Shown here piece by piece: positions 17,709 through 28,188 of a DNA stretch of 64,000 bases; within the stretch, counting starts at the first letter, position 1; every line of letters starts with the position of its first letter. Source of the DNA: Nitrosopumilus sp. (GTDB lineage Archaea > Thermoproteota > Nitrososphaeria > Nitrososphaerales > Nitrosopumilaceae). A program made the translations under genes and the position numbers. The notes beneath the pieces were generated by a model. The model had not been told where the DNA came from and ran no database searches. It was given only the letters and a program-made list of their open reading frames with translations. The DNA lies in NCBI GenBank assembly GCA_965205425.1, contig CBDBGZ010000009.1, forward strand, positions 960,001-1,024,000, in the 5' to 3' direction.

Positions 17709-20387
17709 TTGTATAATACTGTGAAATATTATATTTTATTTACTTTATTTTTGATGTCTCTGCTTTCTTTTGTTTCTTTTACATCATCATCTTATGCACA
17801 ATCAAATCAAAATCTTTACGTTTCGGCAGAAAATTCATTATTTGAAAATCATTTTGCAGGTCCAATGGTAATTGAAGTAATGGTTGATGATTCTGATATT
17901 TCAAGTTTAGTTGGTTCGGTACAAGAACCTGATGTGACAATTGATGATAACAAATTGAATATGGTACAATCTGATGATGGAAAATGGTATGGATATTTTG
18001 CAGATAAAAATCAAGCACAAAAAGCTGATTCCTTGGTAGGATTACCTGGATATGGTTTAGATTTTGGCGAATTTTGTAGTAACACTTCTTCTATAACTGG
18101 CTTGAGTCTATTGGAAACTTCTGGATTTATTATTCCAAGAGATATCTCTTCTAGTTCTAATGGTGAAGAGGCATTGGTTACATGCACAGGCGATGTTTCA
18201 TCCTCTGATCAATTAATCAATAATGTTGTTAGAGAAGCACCAACACTAAACACACAATCAAACTCTACTGGACAAACTGGTATTGATGAAGATGTCTGGC
18301 CCTTAATACAACTATTTGATATCAATTCTGGTGATAATGTAACTGTAAAATATGAAAAAGGTAGCACCCAGTCAGTAGAATTAACTTTTGATACTGTTGA
18401 TCAATTCGTTACAATTTCATTAGCTGATACATTTTATCGCCCAGGAGAAAATGTCACTATAGATATCTCAGATCCCATGTTAAACATAGATCCTACTGAT
18501 GAAGATTCTTGGACATGGGCTACAATATCTGGTTCAGATGGATTATTTTACCAATTATTTGATGAGGATGGAGCTCAAGATGCAGATGGAACGTCTGGTG
18601 CAGTAAAAATTAACGATGAACAAAATTTATCAGTATTCATGTTTGATGATAATGGAAGTTTATTACTAAATCCAAATTCACAAAGTGCTTCTGATGTTGT
18701 AGCTATTTTACAAGATAATGACTATACTGTTTTAGAAGACAAGTACACTTCAGATGCTACAATAGATTTAGGAACTGATTCTATAAGTCATGTTAATTAT
18801 CCTATAACACTTACTGAGATGTCATCTAATTCAGGTTCTTTTGTAAATTATGATGCCAATGGTGTTACAAACTTGATAATAAATCCTGAAGCCGAATCTG
18901 GACGTTCTGCTACAATTGAATACAATAAACAATCATCAACTATTCTAGTGAAGAGTGGCTCTCCTCCTACTGCACTAGATTTTTCTGAAAATGTAGACAA
19001 AGATACACCTGTATCATTTACAGTAATCACTGATGATACAGATTTGAATGATGATGTATTACATGTCACAATTTCTGATGTAGATGATCTTGATGGATTA
19101 GCTGTTGTTAATAGTGATGATACAATAACTTTTACTCCTGATTTAGGATTCATTGGTACGACATCATTTGAATATACTATTGATGATATAATTGATGGAA
19201 AAGATACCGGGATTATTACGGTAACTGTGGATTCGATAGCAATTTTGGCATCTATTGATCAAATTTCAGTGTACAGTGATAAATCATCATATGCTATTGG
19301 TGACACCCTAGATGCAAATTGGATTGTTCCTAATGATTCTTCAGTAACTAATTCTACGATTAGAGTTATTTCTCCAATTGGAACTAATGCCCTAAATGAT
19401 GTTACATCTAATAGTTCATCTTACTTGGTTTCCACTGATAATTTTGTTGAAGGTACATACACAATCAGAATTGAACATGGTCAATATTATGGCGAAACAT
19501 CTGTTTTATTTGAATCAAATATTCAAACTACTGAATCCACAACTCTTGAAGAGGAAACTAATGTTATACAGGATTCATGTACTGATAATTCTAAAATTTC
19601 AATACACTTAGATAATACATCATATACTAAAGGTGATACATTATCTGTCTCGACTAAACTCTGTGATGTTATTTCAAATGAATATGTGATTGTACAAATT
19701 TTTGATCCTTTTAACACACAATTGGCAATAGATCAATTTTTACCTGCAAATACTGATTTTGATAAACAATATTCTACTGCTGGTGGATTGTGGAAGTTAG
19801 ATGGAAAACATACCGTCAAAAGTACGTATTTGAGTAATTCAGTGGAATCAACTTTTAATTTTATTATAAATTCTGAAGAAATTCCTTCTGTTGATTTGAC
19901 AGAATCTATTGCATCTTTTGTTGATGAAGATAAAGATCCTCAATATTATGTTGACCGATATAATAATGAAAAATCATACAAAGAATGGTTTGATACCAAT
20001 TATTCTCAGTATGATTCAATCTATCAGGCTGTAGGATTAGATGAATCTGTATCAATTATAAATTCTGATGATACTGTTTCTTCTTTATCTAATGTTGAAT
20101 CAGAATCCGTACCTGGAGATAAAAAACCAACATGTGGTACTGGAACTGAATTAGTAAATGGTTTATGTCAAGTAATTAAAACATCTGAAGAACCAACATG
20201 TGGTACTGGAACTGAATTAGTAAATGGTTTATGTCAAGTAATTAAAACATCTGAAGAACCAACATGTGGTACTGGAACTGAATTAGTAAATGGTTTATGT
20301 CAAGTAATTAAAACAGATAAAAAATCAATACCTGAAGAATCTATTTTTGAAAATATTTTTGGATTTTTTAAAACCTTGTTTAATTAG
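17709..20387 (+). CDS. Large secreted surface protein: S-layer-like N-terminus, Ig/cadherin-like domain, Cys repeats
   Basis: Signal peptide; NLYVSAENS..GPMVIEV..EPDVT..MVQ.DG.WYGYFAD resembles Nitrosopumilus S-layer proteins; TITFTPD.GFIGTTSFEYTI; acidic composition. Confidence 0.8.
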   Translation: MYNTVKYYILFTLFLMSLLSFVSFTSSSYAQSNQNLYVSAENSLFENHFAGPMVIEVMVDDSDISSLVGSVQEPDVTIDDNKLNMVQSDDGKWYGYFADKNQAQKADSLVGLPGYGLDFGEFCSNTSSITGLSLLETSGFIIPRDISSSSNGEEALVTCTGDVSSSDQLINNVVREAPTLNTQSNSTGQTGIDEDVWPLIQLFDINSGDNVTVKYEKGSTQSVELTFDTVDQFVTISLADTFYRPGENVTIDISDPMLNIDPTDEDSWTWATISGSDGLFYQLFDEDGAQDADGTSGAVKINDEQNLSVFMFDDNGSLLLNPNSQSASDVVAILQDNDYTVLEDKYTSDATIDLGTDSISHVNYPITLTEMSSNSGSFVNYDANGVTNLIINPEAESGRSATIEYNKQSSTILVKSGSPPTALDFSENVDKDTPVSFTVITDDTDLNDDVLHVTISDVDDLDGLAVVNSDDTITFTPDLGFIGTTSFEYTIDDIIDGKDTGIITVTVDSIAILASIDQISVYSDKSSYAIGDTLDANWIVPNDSSVTNSTIRVISPIGTNALNDVTSNSSSYLVSTDNFVEGTYTIRIEHGQYYGETSVLFESNIQTTESTTLEEETNVIQDSCTDNSKISIHLDNTSYTKGDTLSVSTKLCDVISNEYVIVQIFDPFNTQLAIDQFLPANTDFDKQYSTAGGLWKLDGKHTVKSTYLSNSVESTFNFIINSEEIPSVDLTESIASFVDEDKDPQYYVDRYNNEKSYKEWFDTNYSQYDSIYQAVGLDESVSIINSDDTVSSLSNVESESVPGDKKPTCGTGTELVNGLCQVIKTSEEPTCGTGTELVNGLCQVIKTSEEPTCGTGTELVNGLCQVIKTDKKSIPEESIFENIFGFFKTLFN
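20125..20315 (+). repeat. 66-bp perfect tandem repeat x2.9 (PTCGTGTELVNGLCQVIKTSEE)
   Basis: Copies start at 20125, 20191 and 20257. Confidence 0.97.
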
Positions 20388-20441
20388 ATGTAATTCAGAT
20401 ATTTTCCTTCTCAAATAGACCTGATTTTAGATATTGGTGTG

Positions 20442-20556
20442 TGCCGGGGGCGAGTTTCGAACTCGCGACCTCCAGATTATGAGTATTGCCTTAGTTGGAG
20501 AACCGTTAGAGTTTACCAAATTAACTGGCACTCTAACCAGGCTGAGCTACCCCGGC
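20442..20556 (-). tRNA. tRNA-Met(CAT), elongator type, with 40-nt intron at position 30/31 (intron 20485-20524)
   Basis: Exons join to give anticodon arm CCAGA-CTCATAA-TCTGG; BHB with helix TGCC/GGCA and bulges AG|T and AT|A. Confidence 0.92.
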
Positions 20557-20599
20557 ATGATATATGGCTAAAAATTTGGGAAATTAAATGATTCTAATT

Positions 20600-22258
20600 T
20601 CATTTTATATCCTTCCATTGGATATTTTCGTTTTTGACCCATAGGAATTTCTTTTGTAATGCTGAAGTATACAATTTTTCCCATTCTGCACCTACTTCAT
20701 CAGTCCATGCTTTGAAAACTCGTGGATCAATGTAATTTCTTAAAGACGTACCAATGTTGTAGTCTTTGGTTTTCTCAGACAGGTCTATTTGTAATTCTAG
20801 TTTTTCTAATCTTTCTTTGTGTTTTGATTTTTGTTTCTTGATTTGCTCATTTAATGTCTTTATTCTTTTAGTTTTACTTTTCTTTTGAATTTCTGTTTTA
20901 GGCTCACTTGATTCTACTTTTTTGAGAGTCTCTTGAGTCTTTTTCCATACTTGATCTTTTTCTACTTTTTTCAAAGTATCTCTTTTCTTTTGTAATGATC
21001 GCTCAAACGTTTTAGGAATTGTTCTTTTGTGATTACACATCATTGCAGCTTCTAGATTTGCTAATTTTGCATGATATAATTTCTCAGTAGTAGATTTTCC
21101 TTTCATATTGTCATGTTTAACAAGATAGTCTTTGACAACTGTTGTAGCTTGATATGTTCTAAACACTTTGGCAGTTACACCTTTTGCAATTCCTGAAAAA
21201 TACTTGTTTACATCTCTAGATGTAATGTTGTGAAAGATCTCTTCATTTGGTTTCTTTTTTTCAATTAATTTTTTGAGATTTTCTTGAAATTGTTTATCAT
21301 CTCCTACTGCCTTTAGAGTTTCTTGCCATCTTACACTATCTTTTCCCAAAAAGTCAAACTCTATTGTATCTGCAGTAATCTTGATGTGTTCTTTTCTTAG
21401 AGTTGTAGCACCTACAGTATCTGCCTCATCAGGATCTTTTTCGTCTCCTACTCTCATTGCAGTTCTATAAATTAAATAACACGCAGTAGCAACGTTCTTC
21501 TTTTTTGAATCTTTCATATCTTTGACCATTGCTTTTTTTATTTTTTCAATCTGATTTTCAAGATTGACAGCTTTCTCGTACTTTTCTTTATCTCTACCTT
21601 GTTTCAAATCAGAACTATCTGCAAGCCAAACATACTTTCTTTTCTGTGTAAGAAAATCCATCCAACTAGCTAGCCACATTGAATCTTGTTCATGTACAAT
21701 TTTACCCCATTCCCCTTTCATCGTCTTTTTTGCTTGTTTGTCCATGTTCAAAGTGACATCTTTTGAAGTTACAGGCGGTTTCCATTTTCCTCTAAGTGGA
21801 TGTTCTCCTCTTCCAATGAAAATACCTGGAGGTTCTGCCATGTAATTTCCAACTTCTACTTCTTTACCATCCATTATGGCAATTCCATATTTTGTTTTCA
21901 GCTTTTCACGAAGTTCTTTTCTTTTAGCAGCTAAAGATTTCTTTTCTTCTTTAGTCATCATCTCTTTGAGATCTTTTTCCTTGTCAACTATTTTGTAAGC
22001 ACTTGAAAAATCAATATCGTCATAGGATATTTTTTTAAATTTTGAATCCAATGTTTTAGCAAAATCTGCGGTAAAGTTTTTCTGAAAAACTTTGTCTTGA
22101 GCGTATGGTGTATCTTTCTTTTTTGCCCATTGATACACCATCTCTTCTTGACTGATATTGAGATTTACGGTATCCCCTTTGATCTTTATCTTAATTCCTT
22201 GGGCCTCATATGCAGGTGGAAATAAGATTCCGTTGTGTTGTAGAGTTTTCCATTTCAT
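20600..22258 (-). CDS. DNA topoisomerase IB
   Basis: KWKTLQHNG, EPPGIFIGRGEHP, MRVGDEKD, FLGKDS, AKVFRTY, CNHKR, TSLRNYIDPR. Confidence 0.97.
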   Translation of the reverse strand: MKWKTLQHNGILFPPAYEAQGIKIKIKGDTVNLNISQEEMVYQWAKKKDTPYAQDKVFQKNFTADFAKTLDSKFKKISYDDIDFSSAYKIVDKEKDLKEMMTKEEKKSLAAKRKELREKLKTKYGIAIMDGKEVEVGNYMAEPPGIFIGRGEHPLRGKWKPPVTSKDVTLNMDKQAKKTMKGEWGKIVHEQDSMWLASWMDFLTQKRKYVWLADSSDLKQGRDKEKYEKAVNLENQIEKIKKAMVKDMKDSKKKNVATACYLIYRTAMRVGDEKDPDEADTVGATTLRKEHIKITADTIEFDFLGKDSVRWQETLKAVGDDKQFQENLKKLIEKKKPNEEIFHNITSRDVNKYFSGIAKGVTAKVFRTYQATTVVKDYLVKHDNMKGKSTTEKLYHAKLANLEAAMMCNHKRTIPKTFERSLQKKRDTLKKVEKDQVWKKTQETLKKVESSEPKTEIQKKSKTKRIKTLNEQIKKQKSKHKERLEKLELQIDLSEKTKDYNIGTSLRNYIDPRVFKAWTDEVGAEWEKLYTSALQKKFLWVKNENIQWKDIK

Positions 22259-22335
22259 ATCATTTCACCATAAAATTGTGGACTTTGATGAATTTCTACT
22301 CTATCTGTATATCAATTTAGCGTACAAGTACGATG

Positions 22336-23166
22336 TCAGCTAGAAAAGAGCTCTTTACTCATGTATTTCTCAAATTCCAGGTCTGTTTTCATCTTTTTTG
22401 CCTCCATGAACATGGCCGCATCAGTACCAACCACATATCGTGGCTGCATTTCATCATCATGAATTGCTTTCATTACTACATCTGCAACTTGAGAAGGTGC
22501 GGTTCCCATTTCGACCATCATTTTTAGACCTGCCAAAATATTCTCAGTTAATGTCTTGTATTTTGGGTCTGATTTTGATTCAGAAACTTTCATTGAATTG
22601 AAAAAGTCAGTTTTGATTACTCCTGGTTCAATCAATGTAGTTTTAATTCCAAATTGACCAAGCTCATATCTGAGACATTCACCTAGTCCCTCTAATGCAA
22701 ATTTTGAACTGATATATGCTGGAGATCCTGGAAATCCAATTCGTCCTGCAACTGAACTGATATTAATAATATTTCCAGAGTTTTGTTTTCGCATTATTGG
22801 AGCAACTTCTTGAATAATTCTCACAACGCTGAAAAAATTTGTCTCAAACTGTTTTCTAAAATCATCAACTGATACATCTTCAGTACATCCAAATTGACCA
22901 TATCCTGCATTGTTAACTAGTACATCCAATCTCCCATCTTTTGCAATAACTTTTTTGATTGCAGATATGATTGATTCTTCCTTATCTACATCTAATTCTA
23001 TAACTTCAATTGCAAGGTTCTCTTTTTTTGCAGCATGTTCTAACTCCCCTGCTTTTCCAAGATTTCGCATACTTGCAAATGTGTGATATCCGTCTCTTGC
23101 TAATGACAATGCAGTTTCTAATCCAATACCTGATGAACTGCCTGTAACAAGAGCCACTTTTTCCAT
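22336..23166 (-). CDS. Short-chain dehydrogenase/reductase
   Basis: TGSSSGIG, NNAG, YISSK. Confidence 0.95.
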   Translation of the reverse strand: MEKVALVTGSSSGIGLETALSLARDGYHTFASMRNLGKAGELEHAAKKENLAIEVIELDVDKEESIISAIKKVIAKDGRLDVLVNNAGYGQFGCTEDVSVDDFRKQFETNFFSVVRIIQEVAPIMRKQNSGNIINISSVAGRIGFPGSPAYISSKFALEGLGECLRYELGQFGIKTTLIEPGVIKTDFFNSMKVSESKSDPKYKTLTENILAGLKMMVEMGTAPSQVADVVMKAIHDDEMQPRYVVGTDAAMFMEAKKMKTDLEFEKYMSKELFSS

Positions 23167-23208
23167 GATAATTCTAAATTCTTGTTATATTTATCCCATT
23201 TTGATTAG

Positions 23209-25719
23209 TTATACTAGTGGTTTGTCTCCTTCAGTAGGATCAATCAATTCCGTTTCTTCTCCACCATTGATTCTCTCTAGAATCTCTAATGCTGAATATT
23301 TGTGGAGATATTCGTTATTATTTCCACATCTATATGAGAACGTACATCTTGGACATCCTGATTCATTTTTACATGGGCATTCTTTTACTATGAACATACT
23401 TCTTTCTAGTGCCTTCTCAAATCTGTCATAGAGGGCTTTACTTGCACCACTACCTCCAATTGCCCCATCATAGATGAAAATCAAGCCTGATGTACCTAAT
23501 GAAATACCTCCTAAATCTTGAGAAACTCCTCCTGTAATCATATTGCTTCCTTCAATTACGACATGTTCTGTTGCATGGTATCCACTGGCTTCAGTATGTT
23601 CTTCATCTTCTGATTCATCCATCACTTTTAGTGGTCTTGGTGCATGAAATACAATTCCTTTAGTGACAAAATCATATTGCAATGGAGTATCTAATTGAAC
23701 TTTTTCTCCCTGTGTAATTTCTTGTCCTAATTCTATATTGACATAACCATACACCTTTTTTTCTATATGTAATTTACAAAATGCAATTTCAACACCATTT
23801 GCTTTTCTTCTTTCGTAAACTGTTTCAATTGTTGGCCATTCTTCTGTTAATGATTTAGTATAGTATGGATAATCTCTTGGGATTCTTTCCAATTTAGCAT
23901 AATTGTTTTTTGGATAATTAAATTCTTTTACCTTGTAACGAATACCTGCTAGAAAATAGATTGCATCTTTGTGTAATTCTTCTAATGCAATTGGTACTAC
24001 TCTATCTCCAACTTTTTTTCCATCTAAGAAAATATCAATTGAATTACCAATACCTCTAATGCTATATTCACTTAACATAGAATTGATTTTGTCAAAATTT
24101 GGAATGATTCTATTATTGAATTCTTTTAGATTTTCATTAATAATATGATGTTCAATTACTTCTTGATGTTCTTTTAATTCATGTTTTGAAATTGGTCTGT
24201 CACATGCCATTGCCAATATTTGAAATTCTTCTACAAATGGATTTTTAGGATCAATGTACGTTTTTTCAATATCTTCAAAATAATCATCAGGGTGATTCTT
24301 GTAATATTGTGATATAGGATCATTCCCTAATGCCAAAAATGCATATCCTCTCTGACCTTTTCTAGCTGCTCTTCCAATTCTTTGAATTAACCTGTTGACT
24401 GGTATTGTAGATGATATTACACAGTCAACATTACCAACATCTATGCCTAATTCAAGCGTGGGAGTACATGAAATTGCTTGTAGTTTATCTTCTTTGAATT
24501 GCCTCTCTACTGATGTTCTATAATTTGCCATCAATCCTGCCCTGTGAACTTTGATATTTACTTTTTGTTTTTTTGCTTGAATTGCTAGTAACTCTGAATT
24601 TAGATGAGAATTACTGAATATCATTGTCTTGTGATTTTTTTGAGTTAGTTTTTTTGTCAACTCCACCATTAAAGCTCTTTGTGTTCTAAGTGATGGAAAT
24701 AACATAGCAAAATCTGTTTTACCTTTTTTACCAGAACCTTGAATTTTCTGCATTTTCTCTCCAAATAATTTTTGGCAGAATTCTTTTGCATCATCAAGAG
24801 TAGCTGATGCTGCCACAAATTGTAATTTATTGGTACAAATCCTCTTTAGTCTTTTGATGATGTAGTGAACATTTGTCCCAAAAATTCCTGAATACACATG
24901 AGCTTCATCTATTACAAGAATTCTAGTTGATGATAATAATGACGAAAATTTTGTTTGATGCCACATGTGATAATGCAAGACATCAAAATTTGTAATTAGA
25001 ATTTGAGGTGGATTATCAATGATTTCCCTTCGCTCATCTAATTTGGTATCGCCATCAAAGACTTTTACTTTAACACCAATCTTATCTGTAAATTTTTGGA
25101 TTTTTGGATATTGATCACGAGATAATGCTTTTGTTGGATATACAAAAATTGCAAAAACATTTCCATTACTTGCATCTTTTTTTATTCTTTGAATCACTGG
25201 AATCAAAAAGGCTTCAGTTTTTCCAGAAGCAGTGGGTGCTTCAATTACCACATTTTCCCCAAATGCAATTTCTTCAATTGCTTCTTCTTGAAATTTGTAA
25301 AATTGTTCAATTTTCAATTCTTTGAGATGCGCTGTAATTGATTCATCTAGTCCTAAATCTTCTACTTTACAGCCCATTTTAGGCTCGGGATTACTCAAAA
25401 CCTTGTATTGTGAAATGTAATCTTTTTTTGAATATAGTATTTCTTCTGTGATTTTGTCTGGCTTGTTCTTCCCAATCATCTCCTTGATTTCGTTTTCTCC
25501 TCTGACAATTCCCTCATCTTTGAGACCTTCAGAAAGTCCACTTTTTGTAACTAATCCTTTATCAAATCTGGATAGAAATTCTAGGAATACCTCATCAACA
25601 TTTTTTGAAAATTCTAAGAGATCTTCAATTCCACATTTTTCGCAAGAAACATGCATTTTTTTGTTGAATGTTTTTTGAATTTCAATTTTTGACTTACATT
25701 TAGGACATGAAAACTTCAA
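23209..25719 (-). CDS. DEAH-box helicase, Hrq1/MrfA (DUF1998) type
   Basis: PTASGKT, DEAH, SAT, QRIGRAAR, C-terminal CPC..GCPRC. Confidence 0.93.
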   Translation of the reverse strand: MKFSCPKCKSKIEIQKTFNKKMHVSCEKCGIEDLLEFSKNVDEVFLEFLSRFDKGLVTKSGLSEGLKDEGIVRGENEIKEMIGKNKPDKITEEILYSKKDYISQYKVLSNPEPKMGCKVEDLGLDESITAHLKELKIEQFYKFQEEAIEEIAFGENVVIEAPTASGKTEAFLIPVIQRIKKDASNGNVFAIFVYPTKALSRDQYPKIQKFTDKIGVKVKVFDGDTKLDERREIIDNPPQILITNFDVLHYHMWHQTKFSSLLSSTRILVIDEAHVYSGIFGTNVHYIIKRLKRICTNKLQFVAASATLDDAKEFCQKLFGEKMQKIQGSGKKGKTDFAMLFPSLRTQRALMVELTKKLTQKNHKTMIFSNSHLNSELLAIQAKKQKVNIKVHRAGLMANYRTSVERQFKEDKLQAISCTPTLELGIDVGNVDCVISSTIPVNRLIQRIGRAARKGQRGYAFLALGNDPISQYYKNHPDDYFEDIEKTYIDPKNPFVEEFQILAMACDRPISKHELKEHQEVIEHHIINENLKEFNNRIIPNFDKINSMLSEYSIRGIGNSIDIFLDGKKVGDRVVPIALEELHKDAIYFLAGIRYKVKEFNYPKNNYAKLERIPRDYPYYTKSLTEEWPTIETVYERRKANGVEIAFCKLHIEKKVYGYVNIELGQEITQGEKVQLDTPLQYDFVTKGIVFHAPRPLKVMDESEDEEHTEASGYHATEHVVIEGSNMITGGVSQDLGGISLGTSGLIFIYDGAIGGSGASKALYDRFEKALERSMFIVKECPCKNESGCPRCTFSYRCGNNNEYLHKYSALEILERINGGEETELIDPTEGDKPLV

Positions 25720-25813
25720 GATCTATTTGATGAGAAATGATTACTGATTTATTGTTTAGTGGGTTTTTTGACCCATGACATTATTAAGCTAGAACGAAGT
25801 CTTGAATTTAAAA

Positions 25814-26590
25814 ATGAAAAAAATAGAATTAAACAAAATTTACAATAAAAACTGTATTGAAGGAATGAAATTAATTCCTAAAAACAAAATTGATCTCGTA
25901 ATTACTGATCCTCCATTTGCCATAAATTTCAAGGCTAAAAAAGCAAATTATAATCGAACTTCATCCCGAGTTCTATCTGGATATAATGAAATCAAGCCTG
26001 AGGATTATTATGATTTCACATTTGCTTGGATGAGTGAAGTATTTCGAATTCTCAAGGATTCAGGAAGTATGTATATTTTTTCAGGATGGAATAACCTCAA
26101 AGATATTTTACGTGCTTTAGATGATGTTGGTTTTACTACTGTTAATCACGTGATTTGGAAATATCAATTTGGAGTAGTTACAAAAAGAAAATTTGTCACT
26201 TCACACTATCATTGTCTTTATGTTTGCAAGGATGATAAGAAACGAAAATTTTTTCCATTTTCAAGATTTGAAAAAGATGAAAAAACAAAAGATGGGCGTA
26301 GTCTTCATTACAAAGACAAAGAAGATGTCTGGGATATCAAAAGAGAATATTGGACTGGAGATGAAAAAACTCCGACAAAACTTCCATCTGAAATAATAAA
26401 AAAATTATTGGAATATTCTAGTGAAAAGAAAGATGTTGTATTTGATCCATTTCTTGGGTCTGGTCAGGTAGCAGTGGTTAGTAAATCTCTAAAAAGAAAA
26501 TACCTTGGTTTTGAAATAGTATCTGATTATTACAAATTTGCTAAAAAGCGACTTGACACTGATACTTATCGAATCAAAAAATCAAAATAG
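25814..26590 (+). CDS. Beta-class N6-adenine/N4-cytosine DNA methyltransferase (no adjacent nuclease)
   Basis: DPPF catalytic motif precedes DPFLGSG SAM motif. Confidence 0.92.
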   Translation: MKKIELNKIYNKNCIEGMKLIPKNKIDLVITDPPFAINFKAKKANYNRTSSRVLSGYNEIKPEDYYDFTFAWMSEVFRILKDSGSMYIFSGWNNLKDILRALDDVGFTTVNHVIWKYQFGVVTKRKFVTSHYHCLYVCKDDKKRKFFPFSRFEKDEKTKDGRSLHYKDKEDVWDIKREYWTGDEKTPTKLPSEIIKKLLEYSSEKKDVVFDPFLGSGQVAVVSKSLKRKYLGFEIVSDYYKFAKKRLDTDTYRIKKSK

Positions 26591-26591
26591 A

Positions 26592-26939
26592 TTATTCTTT
26601 TTTTTCAGATTCATCTGTTCTTTTTTGACCCATCTTCAATGCAATATCTTCTCTTAATTCATCATCTGTTTTACCTTCAATTTTTACTCCTGCTGATTTT
26701 GCAATCATCTCTAACTTTTCTCGTTCTGTTTCTACAGGTCCTGAAATTTTAGGTGTCTCTTCTGTTGCTTCTTTTATCTGACCTTGAATTTCATTTTTAG
26801 CTTTGTTGTATTCATTTACAGCTTTTCCCATTTTCCTTGCTGCTCCTGGGAGTTTACCTGTACCTAAAATCAAAACAAGTGCAACAAAAATAATGATCAT
26901 CCATTCACTTCCTCCAATATTTAGTGAATATTCAATCAT
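26592..26939 (-). CDS. tatA: Twin-arginine translocase TatA/E family
   Basis: GGSEW.II..VALVLILG..KLP..ARKMGKA. Confidence 0.9.
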   Translation of the reverse strand: MIEYSLNIGGSEWMIIIFVALVLILGTGKLPGAARKMGKAVNEYNKAKNEIQGQIKEATEETPKISGPVETEREKLEMIAKSAGVKIEGKTDDELREDIALKMGQKRTDESEKKE

Positions 26940-27033
26940 GTTTTGTTATTCTTCAAATTGAAATTAAACGTAATGTTCAAGATTTACGCCCGAATAATCA
27001 ATTTCATCATCAAATATTGTGTATGGGGGCTAT

Positions 27034-28188
27034 CTAACACAAGGTTCTTTGTGGTTCTAATTTCTTTCTTGAACTAATTGCAAACAATGCAACTCCTATA
27101 CCTACAATACAAAATATCACATATGGCATTTCATTTCCAAATGATTGTGTAATTGGACCTCCAATAGTTGGTCCTATTGCCCAACCCATACCAAAAATTG
27201 TTTCATATGCTCCAATAATTTTTCCCGAAATTCCTTTTCGTGTCTTACTCAAAATTATCTCTAATGTTAATGGGAAGAATATACTAAATCCAAAACCCAT
27301 CAACACCAAAGCAATGCCAAAAGTAATTATTGAATCTGCAACTACTGATATTGCCAATCCTGCTGATACTGCGATAGTTCCCGCAATCAAAGTTTGACTG
27401 GTTCTTCTTGCAAATTTTCCTACTAATGCAAGTGATACAACACGTGAAATTCCAAAAATAAAATACAATAATAAAATGTCTGATGCTGACATTCCGTTAT
27501 CGTTGAGAAATGCTGGATAGATTGTAAGTATTATTCCAAAAGAAGATGTGCAAAAAATCAATAATATTATCACTTCAGGAAATTTCTTCATTTCCTTAAT
27601 TGATGAAAATGAAAATCGATCATGGTGGTTTTTTACGCTTTTTCTTGAGGCTAAAAGTGAAGTAATTATGCCAGCTGCTAGAATGAATGCTGCAAATTGG
27701 AATAATATTCTGTATGTAACATCAAGACTTTCTAGAAATACTGTTCCAAGTAATGGTCCTACCATAAATCCGATTACAAAAAACATTGTAAACCATGAGA
27801 TGTGTTTTACTCTGTTTTTTTCAGAACTTTCATTTGAAATGATTGCCTCACATGGGGGCCAAAAAAATGCATGTGCTACACCTGTCATAATTCTAAATCC
27901 CATTATTTCTGGAACTGACTGTGCAATTGATAGTAGATAGACTGATACAGAATTTATCGCTGCGCCAAATGCTAGTAGATATCCATTGTTAAATCTATCA
28001 AGAAGAATTCCTACAAAAAGTGGAATAAACATGTACGGAATAAAATTTGTTAATCCAATTAGTCCAAGTTCAGAATATGTTGCACCAATGATGTTCTTTG
28101 CAAATACTGGTAGAATTGGACCATGTAATCCATATGAAATCCCAATGATTAAACCAGTAATGTTGACTAGTATCAGAACTCTATTCAT
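27034..28188 (-). CDS. MFS transporter
   Basis: About 12 TM segments, GILLDRF motif A. Confidence 0.92.
   Translation of the reverse strand: MNRVLILVNITGLIIGISYGLHGPILPVFAKNIIGATYSELGLIGLTNFIPYMFIPLFVGILLDRFNNGYLLAFGAAINSVSVYLLSIAQSVPEIMGFRIMTGVAHAFFWPPCEAIISNESSEKNRVKHISWFTMFFVIGFMVGPLLGTVFLESLDVTYRILFQFAAFILAAGIITSLLASRKSVKNHHDRFSFSSIKEMKKFPEVIILLIFCTSSFGIILTIYPAFLNDNGMSASDILLLYFIFGISRVVSLALVGKFARRTSQTLIAGTIAVSAGLAISVVADSIITFGIALVLMGFGFSIFFPLTLEIILSKTRKGISGKIIGAYETIFGMGWAIGPTIGGPITQSFGNEMPYVIFCIVGIGVALFAISSRKKLEPQRTLC

Noticed and set aside
20388..20460. tRNA-Met 3' end as integration site for the surface-protein gene
   Set aside because: No duplicated tRNA end or integrase seen in the window
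25760..25775. Short TGGGT...ACCCA inverted repeat between helicase and methyltransferase
   Set aside because: Only 5-bp arms; expected by chance
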